A stretch of 64,000 bases of DNA, taken from contig QPGO01000154.1 in assembly GCA_008632985.1 (NCBI GenBank), positions 1 to 64,000 on the forward strand, given 5' to 3'. Positions within the stretch are counted from its first letter, which is position 1. Each line of letters opens with the position of its first letter. The notes under the pieces were generated by a model. The model was not told the DNA's origin and ran no database searches. It was given only the letters and a program-made list of their open reading frames with translations. A program made the position numbers and the translations under genes. Positions 49,253 to 62,476 of the stretch are shown in pieces. This DNA is from Psammoneis japonica (taxonomy: Eukaryota).

Positions 49253-50051
49253 ATGGCCTCGGACAGTCTCTTTTCAAAAGTTGCCAATGAAGTGTTGGAA
49301 GCATCGGAGCGTATTGCAAATCGAATGGAAGAAGGTTTGTCGGTCTTGCTGGATGGAGGAGCTGCACCAACCAAGACTGAAGACCATGCAAGCCCCGGTC
49401 CGATGGAGGACGAGGACTTTGATATTGGCGATGAGGAAATGATGGATTCACCTCTTCAAGGCATATCTGAAGGAGTGATTGATAACATTATGAAGATGCA
49501 GGTACGTACGAATGCGGATAAGCTGTCGTCCCATGATTTTTTTGCAGCTTCACGTTAGACTCATAAGCTCGGTTCTTTTTCTTTTTCAGGTCGGACCACA
49601 AACGCCCTGGGAACACATTCAAGCCTTCAAATCAGCCATTACATGGTCGGAACCGTTTATTCTGTCGCTCTTGGCGTTTCAGGTTGTTGCCTTTTTGTTT
49701 TGCATTTGGGTCACACGCCCCAACCGAGGAATCGTCCCACGCATTGGTTTCATGGTGATTGTCGGGTTGATTGTCAGGAGCGCCGAGTATCTTAATAATC
49801 TTGGTGCTCAACACTGGGAGAGTTTCTCAACACAAAATTACTTTGATCGGAACGGCATCTTTATGGGAATCATGCTTTGTGCTCCGCTCTTGGTGAATTG
49901 CTTCATCATGCTCGTTATTTACCTACGCGAAGCATCGCAGCTGTTGGTGCAAGTCAAAAAGGAAGAAATGAAACAAAAGAAGAACAAGAAAACAACGACA
50001 AGTAACGGTACGAACAATAAAAAGAAGAGGTCCGCGAAAAAGGAGGACTAG
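49253..50051 (+). CDS. TMEM18: Transmembrane protein 18; intron 49502-49589
   Basis: AITWSEPF, AEYLNNLGAQHWESFSTQNYFDRNG and a basic C-terminal tail. Confidence 0.88.
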
Positions 50052-50429
50052 CTAGGATCAGGCAGATGAGAGATTTGTTCCGAACGATGCTTGGAATCTT
50101 TAAATTTAGAGTACTTGATGGTTCTTCTTTTGATTGAAATTTGTCACTTCAGATGGTATGTTTCGACCAGTTTATCTTCCTCAGTACAAGCGGCCGTTAC
50201 GAAAGGTTTAGTGCGTGCGGGGAACAATTCCGGCCGCTCGTGATGCTATCGGGAGGAAGAAGCGATCAGAAGGGAATGAGCTCTGCCACATCCTACTCTC
50301 TAGAGAGAACTATGTTCTAGTAGTAAGCTCTACAAGACCTTGCTTGCTTTTAGATCTAAAGTCGAATTTGAGAGCTACGACTAGTAGCTACTCGTACCGG
50401 TACCGGTACTCTCTAGAGCTAGAGCAGCT

Positions 50430-51560
50430 ACCTTTTAAATAGAAGATTAAGGGAGCCTATGTAGAGCGGAAGGGAACAGCAGAGGGAGGCACGAAGGTAG
50501 CTGTAGAGACGGTAGAGTAGAAGGGTCGAAGGACGCAAGACGAAGGGCGTTTTGAGGAAGGTATGGGTGAGGAGGGAGCAGGGAGAGAGGAAGTGAATCG
50601 GAGGATGTGCGTAGAAAGGTGAAGAACGACGTTGTAGCCAAGAGTTTGGGTGGCCCACTGGGATGGGGTGGCCGTACGGTAGGTGCTCCCAAAGCGATCG
50701 GCGGACAGGCGACGCCATGCGAAGTCAGCGGAGGGAAGGATTGCAGACGGAGACGATAAAGCGTAGAGGAAGGCGGAGTAGGAGGCATCGGAGTGACGAA
50801 AGTCAGAGGAAGAGGACCAGGGTGGCTTGGGCTGAGAGCAGATGGAGGAGGATGTAGAACCAAAGAGCAAGTGGTGAGCAAAGCAGCCGAGACCACCAAG
50901 GTGATCTACAGTGAAGGGGAGCAGGAAGATGCCATCATTGTCAAGTGAAGAAACAACAAGGGATCCATCGGTGGAGGAAGCAGAGGGGCCAAGAAACTTC
51001 AATCTCGCGCTCGAGTGGTGTGCCTCAGTTGAAGTGGGAGAAGAGGGAGCAGGCAGACCTGGAGGAGGGCGAGAGGAAGCTTGAGGGACGGCAACATCTA
51101 CTGCAATGTAGTGATGGTGGGAGGGAGCGGAAAGGGAGGCGGGAGGGGGAATTGAAATGCCGACATCGGCGGGACCGAGGAGCGGGCGGGTGGGGAGCAG
51201 GTTGGCAGGTTCTCGAGATGAACGTCATTGGGGGATCGACAGAACTCTGCAAGAGGACCCAAAGCTTGGGCTAGGATGAAAACAGTGTCACGGAGACCAT
51301 TGGAGAGCTTGGACTTGTGAGCACGGCGGCAAGAAAAGGCATGATCACCACAGGCATCCAGGATTGCATGGCCACAGGGACAGGGAGTGTTGACAAGGGA
51401 CGGAGGAAGGATGGGGAGACGAAGCTTGCGAAGGGCGGCAATAACGTAGGCGTCCGAAGAAAGGCGGGAGCTTGGGAAGCGACGGGAGAAGGAATGAAGA
51501 GGGAGGCTTGTAAGCGGAGATAGCAATGTTCCACAGACGAAATACAAAACACTGCATAAC
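50430..51560 (-). mobile_element. 5'-truncated non-LTR retrotransposon 3' end (zinc knuckle + restriction-like endonuclease)
   Basis: RKLRLPILP...CPCGHAILDACGDHAFSC..HKSKLSNGLRD and LLPFTVDHLGGLG, frameshifted, with strong purine/pyrimidine skew. Confidence 0.7.
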
Positions 51561-52037
51561 TGAATGAACGGAATCTGGAACTCCATTTTCTTAGATCTTT
51601 CGTTGGTCGTGATTTTGTTGGATTCCAAAAATTGATGACGGAGGCATGCTGTCATATTGGGCCTACGTGGCACTGAATCATCCAATCAGAATCGATCTCT
51701 TGATCCTTCTGACGAATATCTGCAAGTTCGCGTTAAATAAAACACTTATTTGACTTGCGGATTTTAAATACAGATTATGATTGGGGTTCGCAAATCGAGA
51801 AACTATCAATTTCTATTGGCTGACGTAATTTTGTTTCCTCGGAATGGCGTCGTTTGGCAACTGCAACGCGTGCCGAAGTACGTACGTGAGCCACTGAAAA
51901 AAACCGTGGCAAAGCACCACGTAAAAAATCAGTGTTGAGTTGTCAACCACAACATCGTGCACTTTTTCTTCGCTGGATCTTCCTTCGACTCTATTGTTGC
52001 CAATTGCATTCGATTACTCAACACAAAATACGGCATC

Positions 52038-52574
52038 ATGGTTCGCCTTCTGAATATCATTGGCTTTTTCCTCTCGCTAGCCGCCGCTTCGGCCTTTTCT
52101 GTTTCGAGAGTTTCATCTCAGAGAAACCCTTCTTCTCTGTTTGCTTTCTCGTCTGTTGCGGAGTACTCGAGACCGTCCATGGTCACAAAGCGAAGAAACG
52201 ACGTTGTAATGATGCCAGCAGTGATTGAGAAGGAGACAGTTAGAACCGGAGGAGGACCAGCCGTCTTGGATCGCCCTCAAGTCGAAGAGCGCAAGACTGT
52301 AGACGATCCTGCGAGGCGAAAAGAACGACAGGGATCTGAGGGATGGGAGGTCCGAATTTACAACGACGGCTTCAACACACGGGAATATGTTGCGCGATCA
52401 CTGGTCCAAGTCACTGGTATGACCGAGCTTGCTGCTTATCAGACAATGATGCAAGCGCATCAAAACGGAATTGCAGTTGTGGGACGATGGGTATACGAAC
52501 GTGCCGAAATGTACCACGAGGCTTTGAAGAACAATGGCATCGTGTGTGATCTCGTACCTGTTGACGAAGACTAA
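52038..52574 (+). CDS. clpS: Plastid-targeted Clp protease adaptor ClpS
   Basis: Signal peptide ending ASA-F; EVRIYNDGFNTREYVARSL...AYQTMMQAHQNGIAVV...ERAEMY. Confidence 0.9.
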   Translation: MVRLLNIIGFFLSLAAASAFSVSRVSSQRNPSSLFAFSSVAEYSRPSMVTKRRNDVVMMPAVIEKETVRTGGGPAVLDRPQVEERKTVDDPARRKERQGSEGWEVRIYNDGFNTREYVARSLVQVTGMTELAAYQTMMQAHQNGIAVVGRWVYERAEMYHEALKNNGIVCDLVPVDED

Positions 52575-52958
52575 GTGCGATTCAAAGTACGATTCACGGA
52601 AAGACTTAAGCAAGGCGATGCTAATTGAGTTGACGGTGGGAAACGCGGCTTAATGTCCGGTTCGCGATCTTTCCTTCGTTGATTCAACACCTTCAAACCT
52701 TTATACTTCAAATAATATTAACGACTGCATGTACTTTAGATCTTTACATGACTAGCAAGTGTCCATTGAGTTGGTTCAGCTAAACTATGGCTTCTTTGTC
52801 ACGGTACATGTAGAGAGTAGCTGGCTGGCGTTGAATGCAAGCAAGAGAAAGTTCTGAAGCCGGTGAATACGGAATCTTCGGTTTTTGGATATAGTACACA
52901 TTGGCGATCTTGTTTCTTGTTGATGGCACCACTTCCCACAACATCTTTTGATATCAAG

Positions 52959-55064
52959 ATGGTGTTCAATTGCTGCGGGGAGTGTCGGTACAGCACTTTG
53001 TCGCTAAACCTGATTTTCCTGGCATTTTTTAGCGTCCAGCTGTTTTGTAATGCCTACACTCCCCGAGTCGTTGTTGTTGGAGGTGGTGTGGGCGGTTTAG
53101 CAACCGCAGCTAGAATTGCTGCTTCAAACGAGAAATGTGATGTGGTTGTACTGGAAAAGAATACAATGCTTGGCGGGAGATGTGGCTCATTTGACGTTCA
53201 AACGAAAAAGGGAACCTTTCGTCACGAACGAGGACCAAGTTTGTTGCTATTAAGACATGTGTACGAAAATGTATTTCAGGACTGCGCGTCATCGTCTCCA
53301 GAGGCCTTTGGCTTGACAATGAGGCAGTGCATTCCTGCTTATCAAGTCGTTTTCGAAGATGGAGATTCCATCGAGTTGGGCTTCCCTACCACAGCCAGCG
53401 ATTCTAGTGTTAGTGGAGGAAGCGTTGCAGAACGAGAGGAGCAATCGCGGACAAAAATGAACTCGTTTGAACCAAACGGGGCACTAAAATGGGATAACTA
53501 CATGACCGCAACTGCTGCTTTCCTCGATTGTGGGCTACCCAACTTTATCGAAGAGAAGCTTGATCTGGCTTCGTTTCCTGCGTTTCTCATCGAATCGCTC
53601 CGCGATGTTGCAAAAGTAGGTCATGACGGTAGAGTGCATCCATCACTATTCTTTCCGTTCGTTGCATTCTCAGAATTCCTCTTACTCACTAGGCGTGGCC
53701 TCTGAAACCGCATTCAGATGTCCTTGATGGCTTTTTCGACTCTTGCAAGATGCAAGCCCTGGCTTCCTTCCAGGACCTGTACGTTGGGTTGGAGCCTTAT
53801 CGGAATGATAAACAGTTGGGAGGAGGCGTTCTTCGAAAGACGGCACCAGCTGTTTTTGGTTTGTTAGCGGCTATTGAACTGCATCCATCAAATAAAAAAG
53901 CAGGAGGTGAGCACAAGACGTGATCGTCTCCAGCTCTACAACACCTTCTACTGACATAACTTTATTGCAATCAACTCACATTTCTGTTCGTCGGCTAGTC
54001 TTCGCTCCAGTTGGAGGATTCCGAGCAGTGGAAAAAGCTCTGGGGAGTTTGGCAGAGTCAAAAGGAGTTAAGATAGTATGTGGCATGACCGTCATGCGCC
54101 TTTGCAGTGATGGTGTTCAAATTTGTGACTCAAACGATCACAAGAATAGTGACTTCATGCAGGCCGACTTGGTCATAGTGAACGCTGATCTACCATATGC
54201 AACAAAAAGCTTGATAGATTCTTCAAACCCAGACCCAGACGAGTTGGAGATGCGTGAGCCTTTGAATGAGGTAGAACCACGGTTTGACTGGGATGACACA
54301 TTTGATTTTAGTAGTGGAGTTATTGCCTTTCATTGGTCGGTTGACGTGGAACTGAACGACCTTAACACTCACAACGTCTTCCTGGTCGCTGGCAGTCGTG
54401 AGAATGCGGAACGAAGCTGGAGAGCGGTACGAGATCCTGGACAAGCAAACAAAAATGTTGAATTAGAGCCATTCAACTTTTACGTTCATAGAGCGAGCCT
54501 CACGGATCCAACTGCCGCCCCAGAAGGGTGCGATGCACTCATGATCTTGGTGCCTTGTAGAACACTAGCTCGAAAAGACGATTTAGCTGACCTCCCGCGT
54601 GAGGAAGCCCTTAACCGATACAGGGAACAGTTTGACTCGTCCACAATCTCCGAAGCCAGGGACGCTGTACTGAAAAGATTGGCTGTAATCAATTCGCTTC
54701 AAGACCTTGAAAACCATATCATTGACGAGGTTGTTGATACGCCGGCGACATATTCTGATTCATACAATGTTGGCGCTGGCACTCCGTTTGCTCTGGTGAG
54801 AAAATCGCGGCAATCGATGGCTTGTATCGTAATAATTGCATTCATGCTTATTCATCTTGAATCTCCTCCTCTCTTTCACAGAGCCATGGATTTGGACAGC
54901 TGAGCGTCACTCGTCCTGCCGCAGAGACCGCTTCAATGCCAAATGTTCTATTCGTTGGTGCAAGCAGTCGTCCTGGTAACGGAGTTCCGTTAGTACTTAT
55001 CGGATCAAAGCTAGTAGCCAGCAAGGCAATCAATCGGCTATCGAAGTTAAGATCCGGATCTTAG
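52959..55064 (+). CDS. CrtI-family FAD-dependent phytoene desaturase-like protein, 4 exons
   Basis: VVVVGGGVGGLA...VLEKN..LGGR, ERGPSLLL and C-terminal LFVGASSRPGNGVPLVL. Introns near 53616-53692, 53908-53997 and 54796-54880. Start codon uncertain. Confidence 0.85.
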
Positions 55065-55117
55065 CACGCGTCGAACCTTTTTGTATCGTGAATCAATAAT
55101 CGGAGCGAATGTCACCG

Positions 55118-56003
55118 TTAAAGCTTTCGTGCACAGATTCGAGTGCCCAGTAGCTCAAAATCAAATACAATCAAGTCGTTGTCCATGAAAGATATAGGAA
55201 AGACAGATACTTGCTTAATGAAGAATAGACGACCAATGGAGCTTATGATTGGCTTCAGAAATGAATTTGGGACATCCGAAATTCGTGGGTACGGTTTGTC
55301 TCCTTCGTCGTCAACAACCTCCTTGACCCAGGCTTCGTCAAAATCCACTCGACATACAGAGTCGCTGACTGAGCCAAAACTGCCTTCAAGATGAGCGCAA
55401 GATACGAATTCTAATTAGGAAAGAGAGGTGAACGTATCAATTACTCCGACCCGCAGGTAACTCACCGCTCACAGACAGATACAAGCTTCTTAGTCCAAAT
55501 AGCCACGGGAAGTCAAGGCGTGCGTGGCTCTCCATCGTGGCATCTTGATTCATAATATATTGTACGTCAAAGCTTCCCCCGCCCAATACTCTTGCCATGG
55601 TAGTCATATGTGGAGCATAAATGACCTTCCATCTTCCTTGGGCAATCGGGTTCATTGACTGCCACAATCCTGGCTTTTCAATGCTTCGCGTGCTTTCGTT
55701 CTTCTTGAGAACTTGATCAACTCTGGATTCAATTTTGTTGTCAATCAACGCATTTAGTAGTGCTGTCCTCTCTGTGCTTGCCTCGTTTAAGCGATCGTCA
55801 TAGTCTAGGGATTTCAAAAAGTCGTCTTTCTCGTTGGATTGTAGTGCTGCAAACAATGAAATGTCAGGCGATGTGGAAGCCCGCCAAGCTCGTGTTGAAA
55901 TCTGTCCGGGATGCAAAAACGAAAGCGCCAATTTCGAAGACAAAAGCAGACCTACAAGCAGGAGTGGCAACTGACCAACGGCCCATGCAGTTGCCATGGT
56001 CAT
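55118..56003 (-). CDS. Probable plastid lipid-associated/fibrillin-like protein, 2 exons
   Basis: Signal peptide ending ALS-F, 'GRWKVIYAPH', and second exon '...VSVFPISFMDNDLIVFDF'. Confidence 0.6.
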
Positions 56004-56075
56004 GGATCTTGTTTCTTGTCTTTTATCGCAAGCAAGCAACAAGCACTGAGCACTGCATAACTGCATCAAGAAAGC

Positions 56076-56116
56076 AAATGAAAAAATGAAAAAATGAAAA
56101 AATGAAAAATGAAAAA
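56076..56116. repeat. (AAAAAATG)n-like short tandem repeat
   Basis: aaatgaaaaaatgaaaaaatgaaaaaatgaaaaatgaaaaa. Confidence 0.85.
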
Positions 56117-56625
56117 GTGCGTGAGTCAGTGCGCCGTCCATCGGCCAGACCTTTGCGGTAGGCGGTATGGCTGGTAGCATTCTGCCTGTCCATCCGTCCT
56201 CAAAAATGTCACTCAAATCCCGCAAGCCGCAAGCACCATGAAGAAACCACTAACACCCTGCGTTGACTTTGCTTGCTGCCGCTGGTGCGTCGAACCTCGA
56301 ACCAATACCAAGCTGTACAAAGCAAAAGTTGTTGTTGTCTCCTCTACGAAGAGTTTCTCGAATTTCAGGGATCTCTCTTGCTGTGTTAGTCAACGTTGAA
56401 CAAGACTTGTTCAAGTCATTCTGCATCATACCGAGCCACCATAGGCGTTGCGCAAATATCAAAGTGTCCCAAGAGCAGTATCGCTACTTCCTTGTTCGGT
56501 TTTGTTGTCTGTATTTCTTGTGATCGAATGTGCTTGTCATTGAGCTTTCGTGAATAAAGTGGAATTGTAGGAGGGAAAGTTTTTTGTCCCCTGAGCAAAG
56601 TCTGACGTTCAATCAATCATCGATT

Positions 56626-59600
56626 ATGAATACTTCTGAAGAAAAAGGAGGAGACGGCGAAAACACTGGCAGTTCCTCAGATGAGAAGAACAAATATATT
56701 GCGAACGTTAGTGCGATTTATTCGAGCAATGAACGACAAACAAGTAGTAACGGTCGTCAGCCAGTAGAGGAAGACGATGGCAGCCACTACTTTATGAGTG
56801 AGCCGTCGGTAAGCGAAGAGGGTTCAGAACAACCGTCCATGAGGGGCTTGGCCATTCTTTCACCTCAAGACAGTTTATCAGAAACACTGAGCCCTTCTTC
56901 AGACAATAGAAATCACCAAATGATTGGCAACCTGGATGAATCTGGTCTGGAAATATCATCGCCTACCCGACAACCACTGTCACCACGCGCAGATGTCGAG
57001 CCTTCTCCACCTCGAGCGGGAACCCCGCTTTCACCAGGCGGGACAAGCCTCAGCTCTAGGGACAGCCCATTTTGGACGACACAATATCACTTTATGGCTT
57101 ATCCACCAGGTGAAAGTGATCATAGTGCAGGTGGTAGTTTCGAAGGATCTCGACACTTGCAAGCAGCACAGCGGGCTTCCGCTGCAAAGAAGCACCACCA
57201 GGCACACGACGGTAGTAGTGACGCAGAGGCTGACGGATCATCACAAAATGAGCGGAAGCATGTAAATGGGACGACGAATCAGTATGGGAATGATATATCA
57301 ACTCCAAATCTTTCGGATGATGCCGCATCCTTCCTTTATCACTTACGGCAGCAAAGTGTTGGGGCTTTCATGGTTTCAGACCCAGGAGTAGGCGTTGCTG
57401 ATGAAGACCTGAAGCAGGAAAAAGCGAATTTACAGTCTATTATACGGTCCAGCCAGTCTGGAAGTGATATTAACAATGCGAACCGCGCAAACCTGGACAA
57501 AGGATCAGACAGAAAGCATTTGGATCGACATAAAAGGAAAAAGTCATCTAACAAACACCGCCGCACGCGAAGTGGCGATGAGGTCGCGGCAATGATCATG
57601 ACAGGAGGAACAGAATGGAGAGGCATGGAGGGTGAGGGTTTCCCTGCGCCACCATTGTATGGACGTTCTGACGACGACGACGACGACGATGCTCAAGTTC
57701 CGTTGGGGATAAGACAGTCTTCTGGGGAAGATGAAACGTCACGTATGCCTGTGAACAGATCGGGAATGATGCCCCCACAACTTGTATCGCAGACCTCTCA
57801 GGGTTTCACCGCGGTTGACAGAAGTCCACTCTCTTTTCGGAACGACCAAGGAGCGGACCTTTGGAGTCTATCAGATACCACCATGTCCCCGCGCCACAAA
57901 GATAGAGAGCGCCTTGGTAGCAATCGAGAGAACTCCGTGTCAACCTTGCCATCTTACGTGGATCACAGAGAAAGTTATAGTGGATCGATTTCAACTCTTG
58001 GGTATGGCGGGGCTGAGTCAAAACCAAGTCACATTTCCGACAGTGAGTTTCGACGTCAAGACGAGAAGGCCACAAGGTCTGACTCTGACAGTCCTCAACA
58101 TGAATCTAGGAAACCAAGTACAAGCCAAGACAACTCTGCGGTCTCGGAGAATTCAAGTGCGTCGTCGTCCAAGTTTTCTTGGATTTCAGGTTCCGCTCTC
58201 GCTCCCCGCAGACAGAGTCAGCACCCCCCACCATATCCCACACCTCAGAACCCTCCTCGACCAAGCATTCCCGAAGGGGATAACGATGTGTCATCGAGCG
58301 AGTCTGCGAGCTCATACTATTCCAGCGAAGAGTTCAGTGACGAAGGAAACACCCATACCGGTACATCCTTTCAACGCAACATTTTTCATGATCCACAAAT
58401 GATGAGAGATCCGACTTTCCCCCCTCATGCACAACGTGTTTTTGGACCTCTCCATTCGCCATTTGCAAATTTTGGAAAGACAAAACGAGAGTTTCTCAAC
58501 AAAAAGAATTATGCACCCACCACCCTCGCCGAAGACGCAGACAAATATCCAACGTTTGTTTGTCCTCGTTGTGAAACTCGTCAGAGAGCATTTTTCGACA
58601 CAGCGACCGCTCCAACACAAGACAGCCCTGCTGGCTACCTCGCTTTCTATTTCTTCATTTACGTGATTGCATCACTGTATATCTTTGGCCTGCAGGTAAG
58701 AGTAGCACAATTGACGTCGTCGGTACTGTAGAGTTGCTCTCGACTGACATCCTCCGTTCACTGTTTCTTCTACTTTTCTGTTGAGTAGGAAGGTTGGAAT
58801 GCTCTTGACTGCGTGTACTTTGCTGTTATTACTCTCACGACCGCGGGGCTGGGTGACTTCGTACCCACCTCTGACGGCGCAAAGGTCATATGCTCGATTT
58901 TCATCTATTTTGGAGTTGCCTGCATTGGATTGCTTCTCGGCTCTTACCTTGCCGGGTCGCTTGATGAAGTTTCTCGAAAAGAGGCAAACGCCAATCGAAT
59001 TGACACTTGCATCAACTGTAATCGACTGAAAGAATTGAAAGCGGCGTCGAAGGCAAAAATAAAGGCCCGTGTCAAAATTACTTCTGTAAACAGCCCCGCA
59101 TCATTGGCGTCTGCGTCGAAATTTATGTCTGAGGGACCACAGCACGCGAACACTCAACCCCACCCGGCGGTGTATGAGCGAGCGGAAAAGAGACATAGGC
59201 CTCCCGGTAATATGGAGATGCCAGGATTGCATCAGAGGTCAAACCCGGCAGAATACAGTCATTTACCAGGTCCTGTTCATCTTGGAGGAAGCTATGATTC
59301 TCAACAGTCAACGCCGAGCCAGTTCAGTAGTAGTGGCGTGAACAGTCAAGGATCGTCTTTGGATGTGATTGGAAATACTGGAAGAAACGACTCTACATTT
59401 TCCTCGCCACCGCTGACAACAACTTCTGGCCATCCGGCATCGCCGATGACGTTGGGATCCCCTGTAACAGCAAGAATTATGCACCGTCAAAGACATACTC
59501 GACACGCTTCGTTAGACATTGGGAGCGATATGTTCAATGAGATGAATCCTAATCCGTTTGGTAGACATAGGGAGCGGCGATTCAGCGAGGAGGGTGGGTT

Positions 59601-60969
59601 GCAAGTTGGACCAACAATCCCAGAGGGTCAACCAGCTCCGTCTCCTCCTCCGTCTTTCTTTGGCAGAAGCCCGGACAGCTCAGACAGTTACTACGATGAA
59701 AGTGATTCAGATGAGTCCATCTCCGATTCCTCTGAATCATCGTTTTTGGATGCACAGGATATGAAACAGCCGATAAGCAGGGTCAAGACTGCAAAGTATG
59801 TGTTCCTGACCCTCAAGCAAGCTGTCATGAATTCAATTTTCATCATAACGATCGGCGGTACAGGCTTCTATTTCATCGAAAAGATGTCCGCTATCGACTC
59901 TTTTTACTTCACGACGAGTCTTTTAACCACTGTCGGTGCGTAGTCCCTCATCATCGGGTTGTGTTTCTTTCCCTGTGTGCATGGCGGTTTGCTTTAAATG
60001 TTCGCGCCGCTTCTCATCTTTTGTTTCCGTTCTTTTTCTGACAGGCTACGGAGATCTCACTCCTGTCACCGCACCGGGAAAGCTTTTTGCTACGGTTTAC
60101 GTTCTGGTTGCTGGTACTGTGCTTCTTCATAATATGTCAACGATTTCCATGATCCCATTAGAACTCCGAAAGCGAAGGATAGAACGTGCAGTACTGACGC
60201 AGGTAAGATAGCATGAAACCCTGGCTGTTTAACATTTCTTTTCCGAGGTGCTCTTCTCACTTTGTGGTTGTTGTTGTTGTTGTTGTTGTTGGTGGTGATG
60301 CTGCTATTGTTCTGTGTTTAGTTTGGAGACCAGCTGGATGATGCTACGCTAAGAGAGCTTGCTACCGGCCCGCTTGTTCGTCGACTCCAGCTCTCTGCCA
60401 AGAATCAGTCTGGTCTCGATGAATGTACGAGAGAAATGTTTGCTCTTGCCATGCTGGTCCGTCTCGGGAAGGTTACCGAGCATGACATCCGAATGACCTT
60501 TGCTGCCTTCCGCCGACTTGATGTTGGAAACGACGGTATTTTGAATAGCCAAGACATTATTGTTGGCATGATGCAGAAACGGCGACAGTCCAGTGTTACC
60601 AACATGGCTGCCTATGCGCAGGAAGCAGCGGCGGCAACACGCGAGAGTAGTGCGAGCAGCACAGCTAGTACTAGACCGTGGTACTTCTTTGGCAGGCATG
60701 GTTCGGTTCATCAGGTGGTCGAATCACCTGAAAACGTTCCATTTCAGTATGCTTCAGCTGAAGATATGGCCCAATCTGAACAGCAGGCGCTCCTGAATGC
60801 GTCCATGTCGGTCATGGACAATAGATACAGTAGCATGCAAATGTCTCACGTACGTTTGAACTCGTTTGACGCGGGCGTGACCAGGAGGAGCCCCCAAGCC
60901 ATGGATGTGGAGGCTGGCTACTACAACCAGAATTATCGTCGATCAGGTGCCATGTCAACTTCTTTTTGA
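56626..60969 (+). CDS. Two-pore-domain K+ channel (TPK-like) with C-terminal EF hand; exons 56626-58695, 58789-59935, 60045-60202, 60322-60969
   Basis: Pore loops YFAVITLTTAGLGDFVP and YFTTSLLTTVG|YGDLTP, EF hand FRRLDVGNDGILNSQD, and GT-AG introns that keep the frame. Confidence 0.9.
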
Positions 60970-61030
60970 CGCTCAGGGCACAACTTTGTGGTATTCCGAA
61001 CGTAACTATAGATTAGAATACAACTGTCAT

Positions 61031-62092
61031 TCACACCAACTGCTCTGGATATGGACACAGACGTAACTCATGACCATGCATCTTTGTACCTTGTAGTTCT
61101 CGAATTGCCGCTCTTGCCCATGAGGCATCTTCAAACTGAACAATAAAGATGGTATCATTTTTACTCCGTTTGATTTTCCGGATGGACGGTGGTGTCATGG
61201 ACAAGTCGTAACGACGTAAAAAGTGTCGCATGTGGTCCACCGACATGCCTTCTGGACAATCCTCGATACGAAGTGTTGCATCGGATACTTGCAACTCATG
61301 GGGCTGAATATTGCCATTGCTGTTGCTTGTATTTTTCTCTGTGCCGTCCCATTCTGCTATTGAGACAGGTTTCCAAGCACAATAGAATGAATAGTCTTGT
61401 GCATGTTGCAGAATGGCATGAGCAATCGACCGGTTTGCAAAGCGGAGTCGCCACCCCATGGGACGATAATAAGTTGATAAGACGGATTTTGCCGACAAAA
61501 CCCATGGCTCTCCCTCTGGTATATCTAACAAAGGAGGGTGACCACCTTCGTCTTGAGAAGTAGCATCCAAATCGACAATTCCGCGTTCCTTTTCAAAGTC
61601 CAACACTTTACCGACACTCTGCAGCACATCATCCAACTTTGAAAGAACAGGAACACCACTGATCTCAACCCAACAACTAGAAGGAAACGAGGCGGCATCA
61701 CTCGGAACTGATGATTCGTGTGTGGCGGAGCTTTCATCATTCTTTGGATTTGTTGGTTCACGTTTGCTGGAGCTTTCCATCGTTTTGTTTGATGTTTCTG
61801 GTGTTGGGCCGATGTTTAGCTTCTCGTGCTGCGGTCCAAAAGATTTTTTCTTCAGTCCTTTACCTCGATTACCTCCTTGCCGTTGGTGTTTATGGAAGCC
61901 TTGTCTCCCTATTGTATTCAATGTATTGAATCGAACAGGATTGGATGCTTTCGGCTTTTCTTCGTCATCTGGATTTGTGGTTCTGGAAGAAGTTTGTGTC
62001 GTCGATGCAAAAGATCTTGTTGCTACCGAACGCGCTTTGGCTATGGACATTTGCCTCACAAAGAAACGACTAACGCTTGATGGAACGGACAT
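61031..62092 (-). CDS. RRM-like protein with putative mitochondrial presequence
   Basis: Ser/Arg-rich N-terminus; C-terminal LRIEDCP...FIVQFEDASWARAAIRELQG. Confidence 0.7.
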   Translation of the reverse strand: MSVPSSVSRFFVRQMSIAKARSVATRSFASTTQTSSRTTNPDDEEKPKASNPVRFNTLNTIGRQGFHKHQRQGGNRGKGLKKKSFGPQHEKLNIGPTPETSNKTMESSSKREPTNPKNDESSATHESSVPSDAASFPSSCWVEISGVPVLSKLDDVLQSVGKVLDFEKERGIVDLDATSQDEGGHPPLLDIPEGEPWVLSAKSVLSTYYRPMGWRLRFANRSIAHAILQHAQDYSFYCAWKPVSIAEWDGTEKNTSNSNGNIQPHELQVSDATLRIEDCPEGMSVDHMRHFLRRYDLSMTPPSIRKIKRSKNDTIFIVQFEDASWARAAIRELQGTKMHGHELRLCPYPEQLV

Positions 62093-62476
62093 TGTGTGAA
62101 TGGAATTGGTCTGTTTCCTTTTCTTTATTGCTTCGCTTCGCCATTCGTCTCTTTTCCTTTTCGTCTTAACACGCTCAACACTCAACACTCAACACTGCAA
62201 CGTTGGATGGACTTCGCTGGGGTCGCTGAGATCGAACGAGTGCGCGAGCGAGCGAGCGCGCAGCGAGCGAGCGACGAGGCAGGGAGAGGGCGACAATGGC
62301 CGCAACTGTTTCTCAATTATAGTATTCCAATTTATGCTCCTGCAATAACAGCACACCTACCAAGGCTTTGCTGAACATATCTCCTTCATCGAATATTGAA
62401 CAGAACTGTTATCAGGCTTTAACTTTTTGTCAAGAGGATCGAGAAAAGAAACGGGATTCATTCATTCAGATCAAAG

